DNA from: an uncultured Alphaproteobacteria bacterium
GTDB lineage: Bacteria; Pseudomonadota; Alphaproteobacteria; 43-37; CAWALT01
Reading direction: 5' to 3'
Assembly (NCBI GenBank): GCA_963782975.1
Contig: CAWALT010000003.1
Coordinates: forward strand, 589,805 to 653,804
DNA length: 64,000 bases
The notes beneath the pieces were generated by a model. That model was not told where the DNA came from. It did not search any database and saw only the letters and a program-made list of their open reading frames with translations. The stretch's first letter is position 1; the number at the start of each line of letters is the position of its first letter. Positions 20,431-30,895 of the stretch are shown here, one piece after another. Both the position numbers and the translations under genes were made by a program.

Positions 20431-21630
20431 ATGGGTCAATGGTTGATTGCTTTTTTACCTCCCTGCGATTAGGAGCTATGTCCTTTGGTTGCCCATTTAG
20501 CTTATTTTGAGCAGACCTATGTCAGGCAAAAACGCTGGATAAGTCATCGTGACTTTTCTCATCTTGTTGCCTTGTGTCAACTTTTGCCTGGACCAACCAG
20601 TAGCCAATTAAACTTTCTTGTTGGGCTAAGGCAAGCTGGATGGCTTGGAGCTATACTTTCATGGGTCGGATTTACGTTACCTTCGGCACTTCTTATGTAC
20701 AGCTTTGCCATTTTTGCTCCAAGAATCAATGGTTTTTTTATGGAAGCTGCTTTACATGGGTTAAAGTTAGTGGCTGTCTCTATTGTTGCGCATGCTGTAT
20801 GGACTATGGCGCCGCGCCTTTGCCCAGATCATCCCCGAATAACTATCGCTTTAACTGCGATGATCATGGTGTTTCTTATAGAAGGAGCCTTTGGACAAGT
20901 GGCAGCCATTAGCTTAGGGGCTGTTATTGGCTTGTTTTTTTGCCGCAACATGTCTTCCTGCAAAGGTAGCCAGATACCTTCTATAAGTTCTAAAAAGGGC
21001 TGGACTGCTTTGACATTCTTTTTTATCCTTCTGGTGGCTCTTCCTTTACTAGCTGTTTTTCTTCCGGCCGGGTGGGTGTCACTCATGGATATCTCATATC
21101 GCTCTGGAGCTCTTGTTTTTGGTGGTGGTCATGTGGTATTACCCTTATTACGGGACGCTATGGTGCCAACTGGTATGGTGACTGATGACCTCTTTCTTGC
21201 TGGTTATGGGCTTGCTCAGGGTATCCCGGGCCCTCTTTTCTCTTTAGTCGCTTATCTTGGAGTCGTAGCGGCTCCTGGAGGAGGGGCTACTATTCTTTGG
21301 AGTACGACAGCTCTTATTTTTATATTTTTGCCTGGGCTACTCGCGGCTATTGCAGGTGTTTCTTTTTGGCAGTGGTTGGTTAAGCACCCTGCACTACAAG
21401 GTGCGCTCAGTGGCATTAATGCTTCGGTTGTAGGCATTTTAGGAGCTGCTCTATATGATCCGGTATGGCTAGCAGCTGTTTTTAATAAAATAGATTTTAT
21501 CATTATCGTAACGAGCTTTTTCTTCCTTGAACGTTGGAAAATTTCACCGCTGCTTATAGTTATCTTTTGTCTGTTTGCGTCTACTTTTTCTAGGCTGTAT
21601 CTACACCTTAAGGAGGTAGTGGACAGGTAG
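20431..21630 (+). CDS. chrA: Chromate transporter ChrA (two CHR domains), with an in-frame TAG near the N-terminus (possible pseudogene or shortened start)
   Basis: CHR-family motifs VAHLAYF, CQLLPGP and, in the second half, FGGGHVVLPLL and GIPGPLFS. An ATG at 20431 is in frame with a TAG at 20470-20472. The ORF track restarts at a TTG at 20485. Confidence 0.75.
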
Positions 21631-22035
21631 AGAATAGAACGAAAAGAGACCTAGAAAGGAAAAATAATTGATTTTTCCCTAAAAAAGTTTAAGTTAATAA
21701 TGTTTAACTTAATTAATGAAAAATTTTTAAACCTAAACGGAGCAATGTCTATGACTTATTATGCTTATTATTATGAAAGCTCAAAAATATCCCGATTATG
21801 TAACTTCACAACATCTCATAGGTTTAAGCCATGGTTCATTCATTCACACAAACTATCCATTTCCTAAGTTTTAATTTTTCTCTGGTTGTTAAGGTCTTTA
21901 CCTCTTCTTGCACCCTCCCTTTACCTTTCTTAATTTCTTCTTTTTACCGATATTACTCTCCAATTTCTCCTAGCTATCGATATTAGTCCTTATTAATTAC
22001 GTCTTTAATTATCTAAAATACTTGGAGAGAAAATT

Positions 22036-22842
22036 ATGTCATTTTTATCATCTCACCCTATGGTGATTTGTGAACAATGGGAAAAGTTCACTGAAAAAGA
22101 GCATCAAACTTGGTGCTTACTCTTTCAAAGACAAGCAAAATTGTTAAAAAAACGAGCGGCACATGAAGTTATCAAAGGGATGGAGAAGCTTAATATCTGC
22201 CATGAACACATCCCCAGGCTGGCGGATCTAAATACTGTCCTAGAAAAGGAAACGGGCTTTTCAATTATACCCGTTAGCGGATTAATCCCTGAGGACCTCT
22301 TTTTTCAATTTTTATCTGAGCGGAAATTTCCTTCTTCCTGTTTCATTAGGCCTCCTCACCAGCTCGATTATTTAGAAGAGCCAGATATCTTCCATGATGT
22401 TTTCGGACATGTTCCCTTATTAGTAAATCCTATCTTTGCTGATTTTATGCAGGCGTTTGGGGTAAAGGGTTTAGAAGCTATTAAACTTGGAATGGCCAAA
22501 TTTGCAGCGGCTTTTTATTGGTTTACAGTGGAATTTGGCTTGATTCAAACGAAGGAAGGGCTAAAAATTTATGGAGCAGGGATTACTTCTTCTAGCGCGG
22601 AATCTGTGTATTGTTTAGATTCCCAGGAACCGAAGAGGATGAAATTTAATGTGCACCATGTAATGGCAACCAAATACCGCACAGATACCTTTCAAAAGAC
22701 TTATTTCGTTATTGAAAGTTTTGAGGAATTATTTGAATCGTTGCGTCGCTTAAAGTGGCAGAAGGTAAAAGATATCTGCTTACTTTCTCCTGACGTTGAG
22801 CAGGAAATTATTATAAATTCGAAACAGAAAATGCAATTTTAA
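22036..22842 (+). CDS. phhA: Phenylalanine 4-hydroxylase (biopterin-dependent aromatic amino acid hydroxylase)
   Basis: Iron-binding motif [10 protein letters not shown]. The 268-aa length is typical of bacterial PhhA. Confidence 0.9.
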   Translation: MSFLSSHPMVICEQWEKFTEKEHQTWCLLFQRQAKLLKKRAAHEVIKGMEKLNICHEHIPRLADLNTVLEKETGFSIIPVSGLIPEDLFFQFLSERKFPSSCFIRPPHQLDYLEEPDIFHDVFGHVPLLVNPIFADFMQAFGVKGLEAIKLGMAKFAAAFYWFTVEFGLIQTKEGLKIYGAGITSSSAESVYCLDSQEPKRMKFNVHHVMATKYRTDTFQKTYFVIESFEELFESLRRLKWQKVKDICLLSPDVEQEIIINSKQKMQF

Positions 22843-22853
22843 GGAGGAATAGC

Positions 22854-23192
22854 ATGACCAATCCAACTTCATTAGCGAATAAAAAATGTATACCCTGCCA
22901 AGGCGACGTGCCACCGCTACCTTCGCAGGAAGTAGAGCGTTTACTTGCGCAATTGCACAGCGGGTGGCAAGTGGATGAGGCAGGCCATCTTTATAAAACA
23001 TATACGTTTCAAGATTTTATGAGCGCTCTGAAATTTGCTAACGAAATAGCGCTCATTGCTGAGCAAGAGGCGCATCATCCAGACTTAACGATTTCTTGGG
23101 GCGCGTGCAAGGTAGAAATATGGACCCATAAAATTAATGGTCTCACGGAAAGTGATTTTATACTTGCCGCTAAAATTGAGGCTATAAAATAA
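22854..23192 (+). CDS. phhB: Pterin-4a-carbinolamine dehydratase
   Basis: 112 aa with the EAHHPD motif. It lies directly downstream of phhA. Confidence 0.9.
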   Translation: MTNPTSLANKKCIPCQGDVPPLPSQEVERLLAQLHSGWQVDEAGHLYKTYTFQDFMSALKFANEIALIAEQEAHHPDLTISWGACKVEIWTHKINGLTESDFILAAKIEAIK

Positions 23193-23294
23193 AAAAGCTG
23201 CTGAAAAATTTACTTTAAAAATCGAAGAAAAAAGGGCAGGGATAAGGAGGAAATCTTTCCTCCATAATCTCTTCCGATAGGGAAAATCCTCTCG

Positions 23295-25079
23295 CTAGAT
23301 AGGCCGCGTGGCGTGCATGAGCCAGGCTCGCACATCTCCATCAAGAAAAGGACCGATCGCTTGCTGAACAGATATATGATACGCATTCAGCCATTGGCGC
23401 TCTTGGGAGGATAACATAGAGATATCTATAAGCCTTAGATCATAGGGCGCAAGCGTCAAATTCTCAAATGCCATCATTGGTAATGTAAAGCCTAGCTTAT
23501 TGTGATCTTTTGTATATAGAAGGTTCTCAATCCGGATCCCATAGGCGCCTTCTTTATAATATCCTGGTTCGTTTGAAAGGATCATGCCAGGGGAAAACTC
23601 ATGCGCGCTCCGGCGGCTCACGCTAATAGGCCCTTCATGGACGCAAAGAACACTGCCCACACCATGGCTTGTGGCATGGGTATAGTCACGCCCAACTTCC
23701 CATAAGAATTGACGCGCCATGCTATCTAGTTGAGCTCCTGTCGTGCCGTAGGGGAAAATCGCGCGTGCTAAGCTAATATGTCCTTTTAACACACGGGTAA
23801 AGTTTTCGATATGTTCTTGTGTAGGCGTCCCCACAATAACAGTTCTTGTAACATCGGTTGTTCCCTCATGATATTGCGACCCTGAATCGATCAAAAGAAG
23901 ATTATTCATTAAGATAGGACTGTGGTAGGCGCGCGTTGGTTGATGGTGAAGAGAGGCACTATTTGGCCCTGACCCTACAATTGTCATGAAACTCAAACTA
24001 ATAAAATTTGGTTGAGCGCTTCTAAGCTCATACATTTTTTCTGCGACATCCCATTCAGTTAGATTTCCTTTGGAGGCGACTTGTTCTACCCAATGTAAGA
24101 GATGAGTGAGCACAACCCCATCTTTTTGATGAGCTATGTGTGCTCCTTCTATTTCTTGAGCATTTTTAATGCATTTCTCCTTATAGCAAAGGTCGCGATC
24201 AAATACTTGATATGTGTGGACTAAGCTTTGGAGAATCTTATAGTTGCAACGTTCTTGGTCAAGGAGAACGCGGCCATGGACAGAATCTTGAAGATAAGGG
24301 AGGAACGCGGGTAATTCATGAAGCGTAACCTCATTGTTCCTAAGGTAAGATCTTACGTCTTCGGTAATGGATACAGGCGGTAAAAATAAATCTAGAGAAG
24401 CATCTTTATGAAGAATGGCATAACAGTTACATACGGGGGTAAAAGGAACATCATTTCCTCGAATATTTAACAACCACATCGTACTATCAGGGTTCGTTAT
24501 AATGAAGTGATCGATATTTCTCTGCCTTAATCGCTCGCTTATCTCTTTCCTTTTTTCTTTGCTTAATTTGCCGGCATATTTTATGGGGTGGACCCACAAT
24601 AGGCGCTCTTTTTCTTCACAGAGGACATCTTTTATATCATCAATAAGATTGTCATCGACCATAACAAGGTCGCTTGAAATGTCTGTAAGTGCTTCTTGTA
24701 AGGCTTCAATATGCTTTAAGGTGTGAAGCTTAGGGTCAATCCCAATTTTCTTGTGAGAAGGAACGTTTTCCACGAGCCAAGTCGTGGGTCGATGGCTCAA
24801 AGAATCCTTAATCTCAAAAATATCCGTATTAACTTCTCGATAAGCTTGAGGGAGAAAAGCCCTATAAACAAACAACACAGATTTATCCAGGGTAATGATG
24901 GCGAATCCATCATTTTCGGTAAAACCTGTTAACCAATTAATGCGCTCAGCTTGTTTTTCAATATGAAAGGTGTTTTGAAATTCATCGGCGTAGGGAAGAA
25001 TAAAACCATAAAGCCCTTTTTCCTTTATTTTTTCTTTTAGAGCTAGGTAGCGCGTTTTTAGTATTTCTTTATCTGTCAT
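23295..25079 (-). CDS. pepP: Xaa-Pro aminopeptidase (M24B, aminopeptidase P) with creatinase-like N-domains
   Basis: 594 aa. M24 metal-ligand motifs HGVGSVLCVHEGP and NEPGYY. Confidence 0.85.
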   Translation of the reverse strand: MTDKEILKTRYLALKEKIKEKGLYGFILPYADEFQNTFHIEKQAERINWLTGFTENDGFAIITLDKSVLFVYRAFLPQAYREVNTDIFEIKDSLSHRPTTWLVENVPSHKKIGIDPKLHTLKHIEALQEALTDISSDLVMVDDNLIDDIKDVLCEEKERLLWVHPIKYAGKLSKEKRKEISERLRQRNIDHFIITNPDSTMWLLNIRGNDVPFTPVCNCYAILHKDASLDLFLPPVSITEDVRSYLRNNEVTLHELPAFLPYLQDSVHGRVLLDQERCNYKILQSLVHTYQVFDRDLCYKEKCIKNAQEIEGAHIAHQKDGVVLTHLLHWVEQVASKGNLTEWDVAEKMYELRSAQPNFISLSFMTIVGSGPNSASLHHQPTRAYHSPILMNNLLLIDSGSQYHEGTTDVTRTVIVGTPTQEHIENFTRVLKGHISLARAIFPYGTTGAQLDSMARQFLWEVGRDYTHATSHGVGSVLCVHEGPISVSRRSAHEFSPGMILSNEPGYYKEGAYGIRIENLLYTKDHNKLGFTLPMMAFENLTLAPYDLRLIDISMLSSQERQWLNAYHISVQQAIGPFLDGDVRAWLMHATRPI

Positions 25080-25174
25080 GGCAGCCCTTAAGCAGATATC
25101 CTTAGTCAGTTTTCTTATATTAAATATGATGCTTGTAAAAGGTCCTTAAAGATAACATTAAAGAACGCTTTTTT

Positions 25175-27352
25175 CTAGGCTGGTTTTATGAAATCGAGGA
25201 GGATGGTTTTCTTGCCAGAAAATTCAAAGTCAATGGTAACATGATTGGCGCTAATGGCTTTAACGATGCCATAGCCAAACTTCTCATGAAAAATCCGCAT
25301 CCCTGGCAAAAAAGCGTCTTCCGATTGGAGCAAGGATTTTTCAGAGGCCTTTCCCGCGGCCGGGGAAAATAAGCTATTCCTGTGAAGATTGTTCCCCTTC
25401 ATAGAATGATGGTTTTGGGTGACGTATTCTTGGTCTATCTCTTCAATAAACCTTGAAGGAGGATACGATTGCCAAAGGTTATAAACACGGCGATTGAAAG
25501 CATGAGTAATGATAGCTTTCTTTCTTGCGCGTGTAAGACCCACGTAGGCAAGTCGCCTTTCCTCTTCTAACCCTTCCATTCCTTTTTCGTCTAAAGCTCG
25601 TTGATGGGGGAAGAGCCCTTCTTCCCAGCCACATAAAAAGACATAATCAAATTCAAGCCCCTTGGCACTATGAAGCGTCATAATACTGGCCATGGACTCG
25701 TTGCGTTGAGTGATATTGTCCATCACTAAGCTAACATGCTCTAAAAATGTCTGCAAATCAGAGAATTTTGCCATAACGGAGACAAGCTCTTTTAAGTTTT
25801 CCATGCGGCCAGCTGCATCCAACGTCGATTGAGAACGCCAAAAGTCGATATATCCTCCTTCTTCCAGGATTGTTTGCGCAAGCTCATGATGAGGTAGAGT
25901 AGCTTTCATGCTGATCCAGCGGCGCATTGAGTGGGTAAATTGGCTAAGACTCTTGTGTGTTTTTCCTTTTATCAGATTCTGCTCGAGCGCTTGCTCGACA
26001 GCCTCAAAGAGAGAACAGCATGTGTTGCGTGCTATCTCATGGAATAAGTGCAACGTTGAGGTGCCAACCCCTCTTTTTGGGACATTGATAATCCGCTCAA
26101 AAGCAAGATTGTCTGATAATTGATGGAGGAGGCGCAGATAAGCAAGGGCATCACGAATTTCCAGCCGTTCATAGAATCTTGGGCCACCAACAACCTTGTA
26201 AGGAACACGATAGGCAAGAAGCTTTTCCTCAAATTCACGCGTTTGAAAGCTCGCGCGCACTAAGATGGCTATTTTAGAAAGAGGGACTTCTTTCTCGTCA
26301 AGTTCCTTAATGGTCTGAGCTACCCACTCAGCTTCTTCGCTTCCATCCCATAAGCTATGGACCTCGACTTTGTCCCCTTCCGATTGCTGGGTCCAAAGTT
26401 TTTTTCCCATACGCCCCTTATTATAAGTAATAAGCGAAGAAGCGGCTCCTAAAATTGCTGGAGTCGAGCGATAGTTCTGCTCAAGGCGTATAACGCGTGC
26501 CTGAGAGAAATCCGATTCAAAGCGAAGGATATTTTCTACTTCGGCACCTCGCCAACCATAAATGGATTGGTCGTCATCCCCCACACAACAGATGTGCGCG
26601 CCACCTTGGGCTAAGAGTCTTAACCATAGATATTGTGCCACATTCGTATCTTGATATTCGTCTACCAGGATGTGATGGAATTGGCGATGATAATAGTCGA
26701 GTGTCTCAGGCGATGTCTTAAAGAGGGTTAAGCATTGAAGCAACAAGTCACCAAAGTCCACGGCATTATAAGTTTTAAGACGCTCTTGATATTGGTGGTA
26801 GATTTTCAAGATGATCTCGCTATATCCGCTTTCAAGAGGGGTCACATCGGTTGGCATGAGTCCGCGATCTTTCCAGCGGTTAATAATAGCCGTGACCATG
26901 CGAGGCGCCCATCGCTTCTCATCAATGTTATTATCTTTAATAAGTTGTTTGACTAGACGTAATTGGTCATCCTCAGGCCCTAATATATTAAAATTAGGAG
27001 CTAAGCCAATTTTTTCTCCATGATGGCGCAAGATCCGCACGCCAATAGAATGAAAGGTACCGATCCAAAGGCCCTTGCTTGGGAGGCCTAGGATACTTTC
27101 AACCCGTTCATTCATCTCATGAGCAGCTTTATTCGTGAAAGTAACCGCTAATATTCGATTAGGAAAAATATTTTGAGAATGGATGAGATGAGCGATACGC
27201 GTGGTAAGGACGCGTGTTTTCCCGGTACCTGCGCCTGATAAAATTAATAGAGCTTTATCAAGAGCTTCAACGGCTTGGCGCTGCTCTTCATTTAACTGCG
27301 TTAAATAAGAAGAGTCATCTAGCCAAGAGGGGGTTGCCATAGGGCGCGACAT
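25175..27352 (-). CDS. uvrD: UvrD/Rep-family DNA helicase (superfamily 1)
   Basis: Walker A GAGTGKTRVLTTRIAHL, plus DEYQDTN, and helicase motifs V and VI (GLTRARK). 725 aa. Confidence 0.85.
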   Translation of the reverse strand: MSRPMATPSWLDDSSYLTQLNEEQRQAVEALDKALLILSGAGTGKTRVLTTRIAHLIHSQNIFPNRILAVTFTNKAAHEMNERVESILGLPSKGLWIGTFHSIGVRILRHHGEKIGLAPNFNILGPEDDQLRLVKQLIKDNNIDEKRWAPRMVTAIINRWKDRGLMPTDVTPLESGYSEIILKIYHQYQERLKTYNAVDFGDLLLQCLTLFKTSPETLDYYHRQFHHILVDEYQDTNVAQYLWLRLLAQGGAHICCVGDDDQSIYGWRGAEVENILRFESDFSQARVIRLEQNYRSTPAILGAASSLITYNKGRMGKKLWTQQSEGDKVEVHSLWDGSEEAEWVAQTIKELDEKEVPLSKIAILVRASFQTREFEEKLLAYRVPYKVVGGPRFYERLEIRDALAYLRLLHQLSDNLAFERIINVPKRGVGTSTLHLFHEIARNTCCSLFEAVEQALEQNLIKGKTHKSLSQFTHSMRRWISMKATLPHHELAQTILEEGGYIDFWRSQSTLDAAGRMENLKELVSVMAKFSDLQTFLEHVSLVMDNITQRNESMASIMTLHSAKGLEFDYVFLCGWEEGLFPHQRALDEKGMEGLEEERRLAYVGLTRARKKAIITHAFNRRVYNLWQSYPPSRFIEEIDQEYVTQNHHSMKGNNLHRNSLFSPAAGKASEKSLLQSEDAFLPGMRIFHEKFGYGIVKAISANHVTIDFEFSGKKTILLDFIKPA

Positions 27353-27364
27353 GAAAAAGGCGCC

Positions 27365-27544
27365 TCACATATCTTTTGGATTTTTCAATATAAATTTATG
27401 GTTGCAGTAAGGACACATAACTTGATTGTTCTCGTCTAACTTTAAGTAAACAACAGGGTGTCCGAGCGCTCCATTTCCCCCGTCACAGCGCGCATAATTC
27501 TCGGTTATATAGATGGCTTGAGCTGCTTCTGCCTGCTTAGACAT
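27365..27544 (-). CDS. Small zinc-finger protein (zf-CHCC-like, 59 aa); below the ORF-track length cut-off
   Basis: Minus-strand translation: MSKQAEAAQAIYITENYARCDGGNGALGHPVVYLKLDENNQVMCPYCNHKFILKNPKDM. The CDGG...HP...CPYC pattern matches the conserved alphaproteobacterial (NDUFS6-like) zinc-finger family. Confidence 0.55.
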   Translation of the reverse strand: MSKQAEAAQAIYITENYARCDGGNGALGHPVVYLKLDENNQVMCPYCNHKFILKNPKDM

Positions 27545-27660
27545 GATCCTACCAATGAACTATGAATAATTCACTGTAACATCCTTCGCTAGGTTATACC
27601 ATTGTTTTTTCGGTTTCTTTTTTAATTATTCTTCTTTATAAATAAGGATCAAGACGTAAA

Positions 27661-27737
27661 GGTACCCGTAGCTCAGCTGGATAGAGCGTTGCCCTCCGAA
27701 GGCAAAGGTCGTGGGTTCGAATCCCGCCGGGTACACC
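27661..27737 (+). tRNA. tRNA-Arg (anticodon CCG)
   Basis: Acceptor stem gtacccg/cgggtac. D-arm agctcagctggatagagc. The anticodon loop ctCCGaa gives CCG. T-arm ggttcgaatcc, then CCA. Confidence 0.85.
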
Positions 27738-27744
27738 ATATCTT

Positions 27745-28764
27745 ATGCTTCTTGCGTTCCCTAAGGATGAGCTTACCTCATTTAGGATAAAAATTTTCTT
27801 AAATTTTCTATTAACCTTCCTGCGCTACTCTTGGCATAAGATTAGTAATGCTAAGAGAGAACCATTAATGAGCTATCTATCGTCTAACGTTTCTAAGCTT
27901 TTCCGATTGATTGATCATAAATTATTCCATGTAATCATAACGAAGGTTGTTATCCTTAATACCATCGTTTTTGTATTGCAAACATATGAACATTTTAACC
28001 AAACTTTTGGTGTGTATCTTTCTTTTTTGGATAAGGCAATTATTACCTTTTTCCTCGTCGAAATGGGAGTAAAACTTAGTATCTTAAAGGCCAATTTTTT
28101 TAAAGATCGCTGGAATATCTTTGACCTAGTGGTTGTAGTGCTATCTATTGTACCCGTTGGTATTACTGGGCTTGCTGCTTTAAGAATCCTGCGGCTCTTT
28201 AGAATATTTGTTGTACTATCGCTTGTGCCTCGCATTAATATTATTATTACGACGATAATACGATCTTTGTCAGGCGTCACAAGTGCAGTGATTTTAACTT
28301 TCCTTTTTTGCTCATTTTTTGCTCTTTTAGGGGTTGATCTTTTTAAAGAAAAGTTCCCTAATTTTTTTGGTGACTTTGGCAAGTCTCTTTTTACTCTCTT
28401 TCAAGTAGCAACGTTTGAAGGTTGGGCTATGGAAGTTGCTCGCCCGGTGATGGCCCAATATCCAAGTGCTTGGCTATTCTTTATTGTCTTTATTATTGTA
28501 ATTTCCTTTACATTATTGAACGTATTTGTAGGTGTAATCGTTGATGCCATTGAGCAGGCGAGTTTTACTCATCATCATAAATTACACAATAAAGATAACG
28601 CTCCACGCCTTAGTAATGTCATTTTAGAAGAAATTCACGCTTTACAGGGAGATGTTCAGCAGATGTTGGAGAAAACGGCATACCTCAATTCGCTCTTAGA
28701 GGAACAAGGCAATAATCCAAAAAAAGTTTTAAAAAAGTCGCCAAATAAAGTGAATAAAAAATAG
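27745..28764 (+). CDS. Voltage-gated cation channel, single 6-TM domain (NaChBac/BacNaV-like)
   Basis: S4 voltage sensor with Arg at every third position (ALRILRLFRIFVVLSLVPR). Pore and selectivity filter FQVATFEGWAME. The ORF's 5' end abuts the tRNA, so the true start is probably the Met at about 27865 (MSYLSSN). Confidence 0.7.
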   Translation: MLLAFPKDELTSFRIKIFLNFLLTFLRYSWHKISNAKREPLMSYLSSNVSKLFRLIDHKLFHVIITKVVILNTIVFVLQTYEHFNQTFGVYLSFLDKAIITFFLVEMGVKLSILKANFFKDRWNIFDLVVVVLSIVPVGITGLAALRILRLFRIFVVLSLVPRINIIITTIIRSLSGVTSAVILTFLFCSFFALLGVDLFKEKFPNFFGDFGKSLFTLFQVATFEGWAMEVARPVMAQYPSAWLFFIVFIIVISFTLLNVFVGVIVDAIEQASFTHHHKLHNKDNAPRLSNVILEEIHALQGDVQQMLEKTAYLNSLLEEQGNNPKKVLKKSPNKVNKK

Positions 28765-29002
28765 GGAAGATATCTAACAAAGACAATGAGGCAAAATTTA
28801 AGGGAGCTTTTGCTATTAGTTAATTTTTTCTTTTAAATAGACATAACCTTTTTATTTTTGATAAATTCTTAAAAAAGACTCCCAAAGAGCAAAATTAGCT
28901 TTAAGGACATATCATACATAAAGAAGAACAAAACTCCATGGTAGCATGTAGACAAACAACATAATATAATGTCTAGTAAAAGGAAAAATAGAGGAAGAAA
29001 GT

Positions 29003-30136
29003 ATGGAGGAAGGCAAGCCCTCGATTGAGACAAGGCAAGATAAAGCTGGCATTACTTTTATCCTTAAAGGACCATGGCTAGCCTTAAAACTTGATTTCTT
29101 CCATTATGATCTTCTTATCAATCAATTTCAAAGCCATCAACATGTTCTTATTGATTGCTCGGGTATCACAGAATGTGACACAACCGGCGCATGGGCCATT
29201 CAAAATTTACGACAGCGTTTTAAAGAAAGAGGAGCAAGTTCTCGTTTAATTAATCCATCCTCTCTCTTGCAAGAAATTCTTTCTAAGATAGGGGAGGCCT
29301 CTTCTTTTCCTGACCTTAGCAGAGAGCATCCGCATTTTTTAACCCGCCTTCTTCAGTATTTAGGCGAGTTCGGATATGAAAAATTTAATTCAGCTAAGCA
29401 TATGTTGGCTTTTTTAGGGGAAGTATGTCTTCATGTGAAAGAGCTTATCTTTTCTATAAAGTTGTTTCGTTATCAAGCTTTTTTGGTGCATTTTGAAAAT
29501 TCTGTTATTGGGGCCATTCCTATTGTAGGTCTCCTATCGTTTCTTATCGGTGTGGTGTTAACTTATCAAAGCGCTCATCAATTAACCCGCTTTGGAGCAG
29601 AAATCTATACGGTAGATCTGGTAGGTATCTCCGTCTTTCGAGAAATTGGCGTTCTTTTAACCGCCATTATTGTTGCTGGGCGCTCCGGGAGTGCCTTTAC
29701 CGCTCAAATTGGTTCTATGAAACTTAACCAAGAATTGGATGCGTTGAATACCTTCGGATTGAGCTCTATGCGAGTTTTAGTCATCCCGCGTATTATAGCA
29801 TTAATGCTTGGCCTTCCTCTTTTAACCTTTTATGCTAATATTATGGGTTCCCTTGGTGGAATGATTATGTCCAAGGTTTTATTAAGTATTCCCTTCCAAC
29901 AATTTATCAAACAACTTCATAGCGCTCTGGATTTGTGGGCATTTTGGCTTGGGCTTATTAAAGCACCCGTCTTCGCTTTTATTATTGCTTATGTAGGATG
30001 CTATGAAGGGTTCCAAGTAAAAAATAGTGCGGAAAGTGTGGGAAAGATGACAACAAAATCAGTAGTTACTGCTATCTTTTTGGTCATTATATCTGATGCA
30101 TTGTTCTCTATCTTCTTTTCCTATATAGGGATTTGA
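29003..30136 (+). CDS. mlaE: MlaE-family ABC permease with N-terminal STAS-like domain
   Basis: The C-terminal 260 aa are an MlaE/YrbE permease. The N-terminal ~100 aa resemble a STAS / anti-sigma-antagonist domain (ITFILKGPW...LIDCSGITECDTTGAWAI). Confidence 0.75.
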   Translation: MEEGKPSIETRQDKAGITFILKGPWLALKLDFFHYDLLINQFQSHQHVLIDCSGITECDTTGAWAIQNLRQRFKERGASSRLINPSSLLQEILSKIGEASSFPDLSREHPHFLTRLLQYLGEFGYEKFNSAKHMLAFLGEVCLHVKELIFSIKLFRYQAFLVHFENSVIGAIPIVGLLSFLIGVVLTYQSAHQLTRFGAEIYTVDLVGISVFREIGVLLTAIIVAGRSGSAFTAQIGSMKLNQELDALNTFGLSSMRVLVIPRIIALMLGLPLLTFYANIMGSLGGMIMSKVLLSIPFQQFIKQLHSALDLWAFWLGLIKAPVFAFIIAYVGCYEGFQVKNSAESVGKMTTKSVVTAIFLVIISDALFSIFFSYIGI

Positions 30137-30140
30137 TCGT

Positions 30141-30893
30141 ATGGGTCGCATGCCACTTATACAGGTGAAAGGACTGGTAACACGATATGGCCAGAACGTT
30201 ATCCATGATCATCTTGATTTTGATATTTATCCGCGTGAAATCGTTGGAGTCGTTGGAGGATCAGGATCAGGAAAATCAGTATTGATGCGCATACTGCTTG
30301 GTCTTACTCAGCCTGAGGCAGGTAAAATCAAAATTTTTGGATATAATTTGTTCGAATCGCCAGAAGCTTCGCGGACAATCAAAAATAAGTCAGGTGTTTT
30401 GTTCCAAAATGGGGCTCTTTTTTCTTCTCTTACCGTATTAGAGAATATCATGGTACCGATGAAAGAGCAGGCACGATTAGAAGATAAGTTTGCCCGAGAT
30501 GTTGGGTTCTTGCGTTTAAAAATGGTTGGGCTTTCCCCTGATACGGCAGATAAGTATCCTTCTCAGCTTTCAGGTGGTATGGTAAAAAGAGTAGCCCTCG
30601 CCCGTGCTTTAGCTATTGATCCAGAAATCCTTTTTCTTGATGAGCCGACCGCTGGGTTAGATCCTATCGCTGCCGCTTCTTTTGACGAACTTATCTGCAC
30701 ATTAAGAAAAAATCTAAATTTAACTGTCATGCTCATTACACATGACCTTGATACACTAAAAAATACATGTGACCGTATTGCTATGATTGTTGATAAGCGA
30801 ATCATTGAGGGAACACAGGCGGCATTAGCCAAAGTTAAACATCCTTGGATCCAATCCTATTTTAATGCCAGGCGAGTAAAGAAGGTGATTTAA
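30141..30893 (+). CDS. mlaF: MlaF-type ABC transporter ATP-binding protein
   Basis: Walker A GGSGSGKS, signature LSGGMVKRVALARAL, Walker B LFLDEPTAGLD. Confidence 0.9.
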   Translation: MGRMPLIQVKGLVTRYGQNVIHDHLDFDIYPREIVGVVGGSGSGKSVLMRILLGLTQPEAGKIKIFGYNLFESPEASRTIKNKSGVLFQNGALFSSLTVLENIMVPMKEQARLEDKFARDVGFLRLKMVGLSPDTADKYPSQLSGGMVKRVALARALAIDPEILFLDEPTAGLDPIAAASFDELICTLRKNLNLTVMLITHDLDTLKNTCDRIAMIVDKRIIEGTQAALAKVKHPWIQSYFNARRVKKVI

Positions 30894-30895
30894 AC

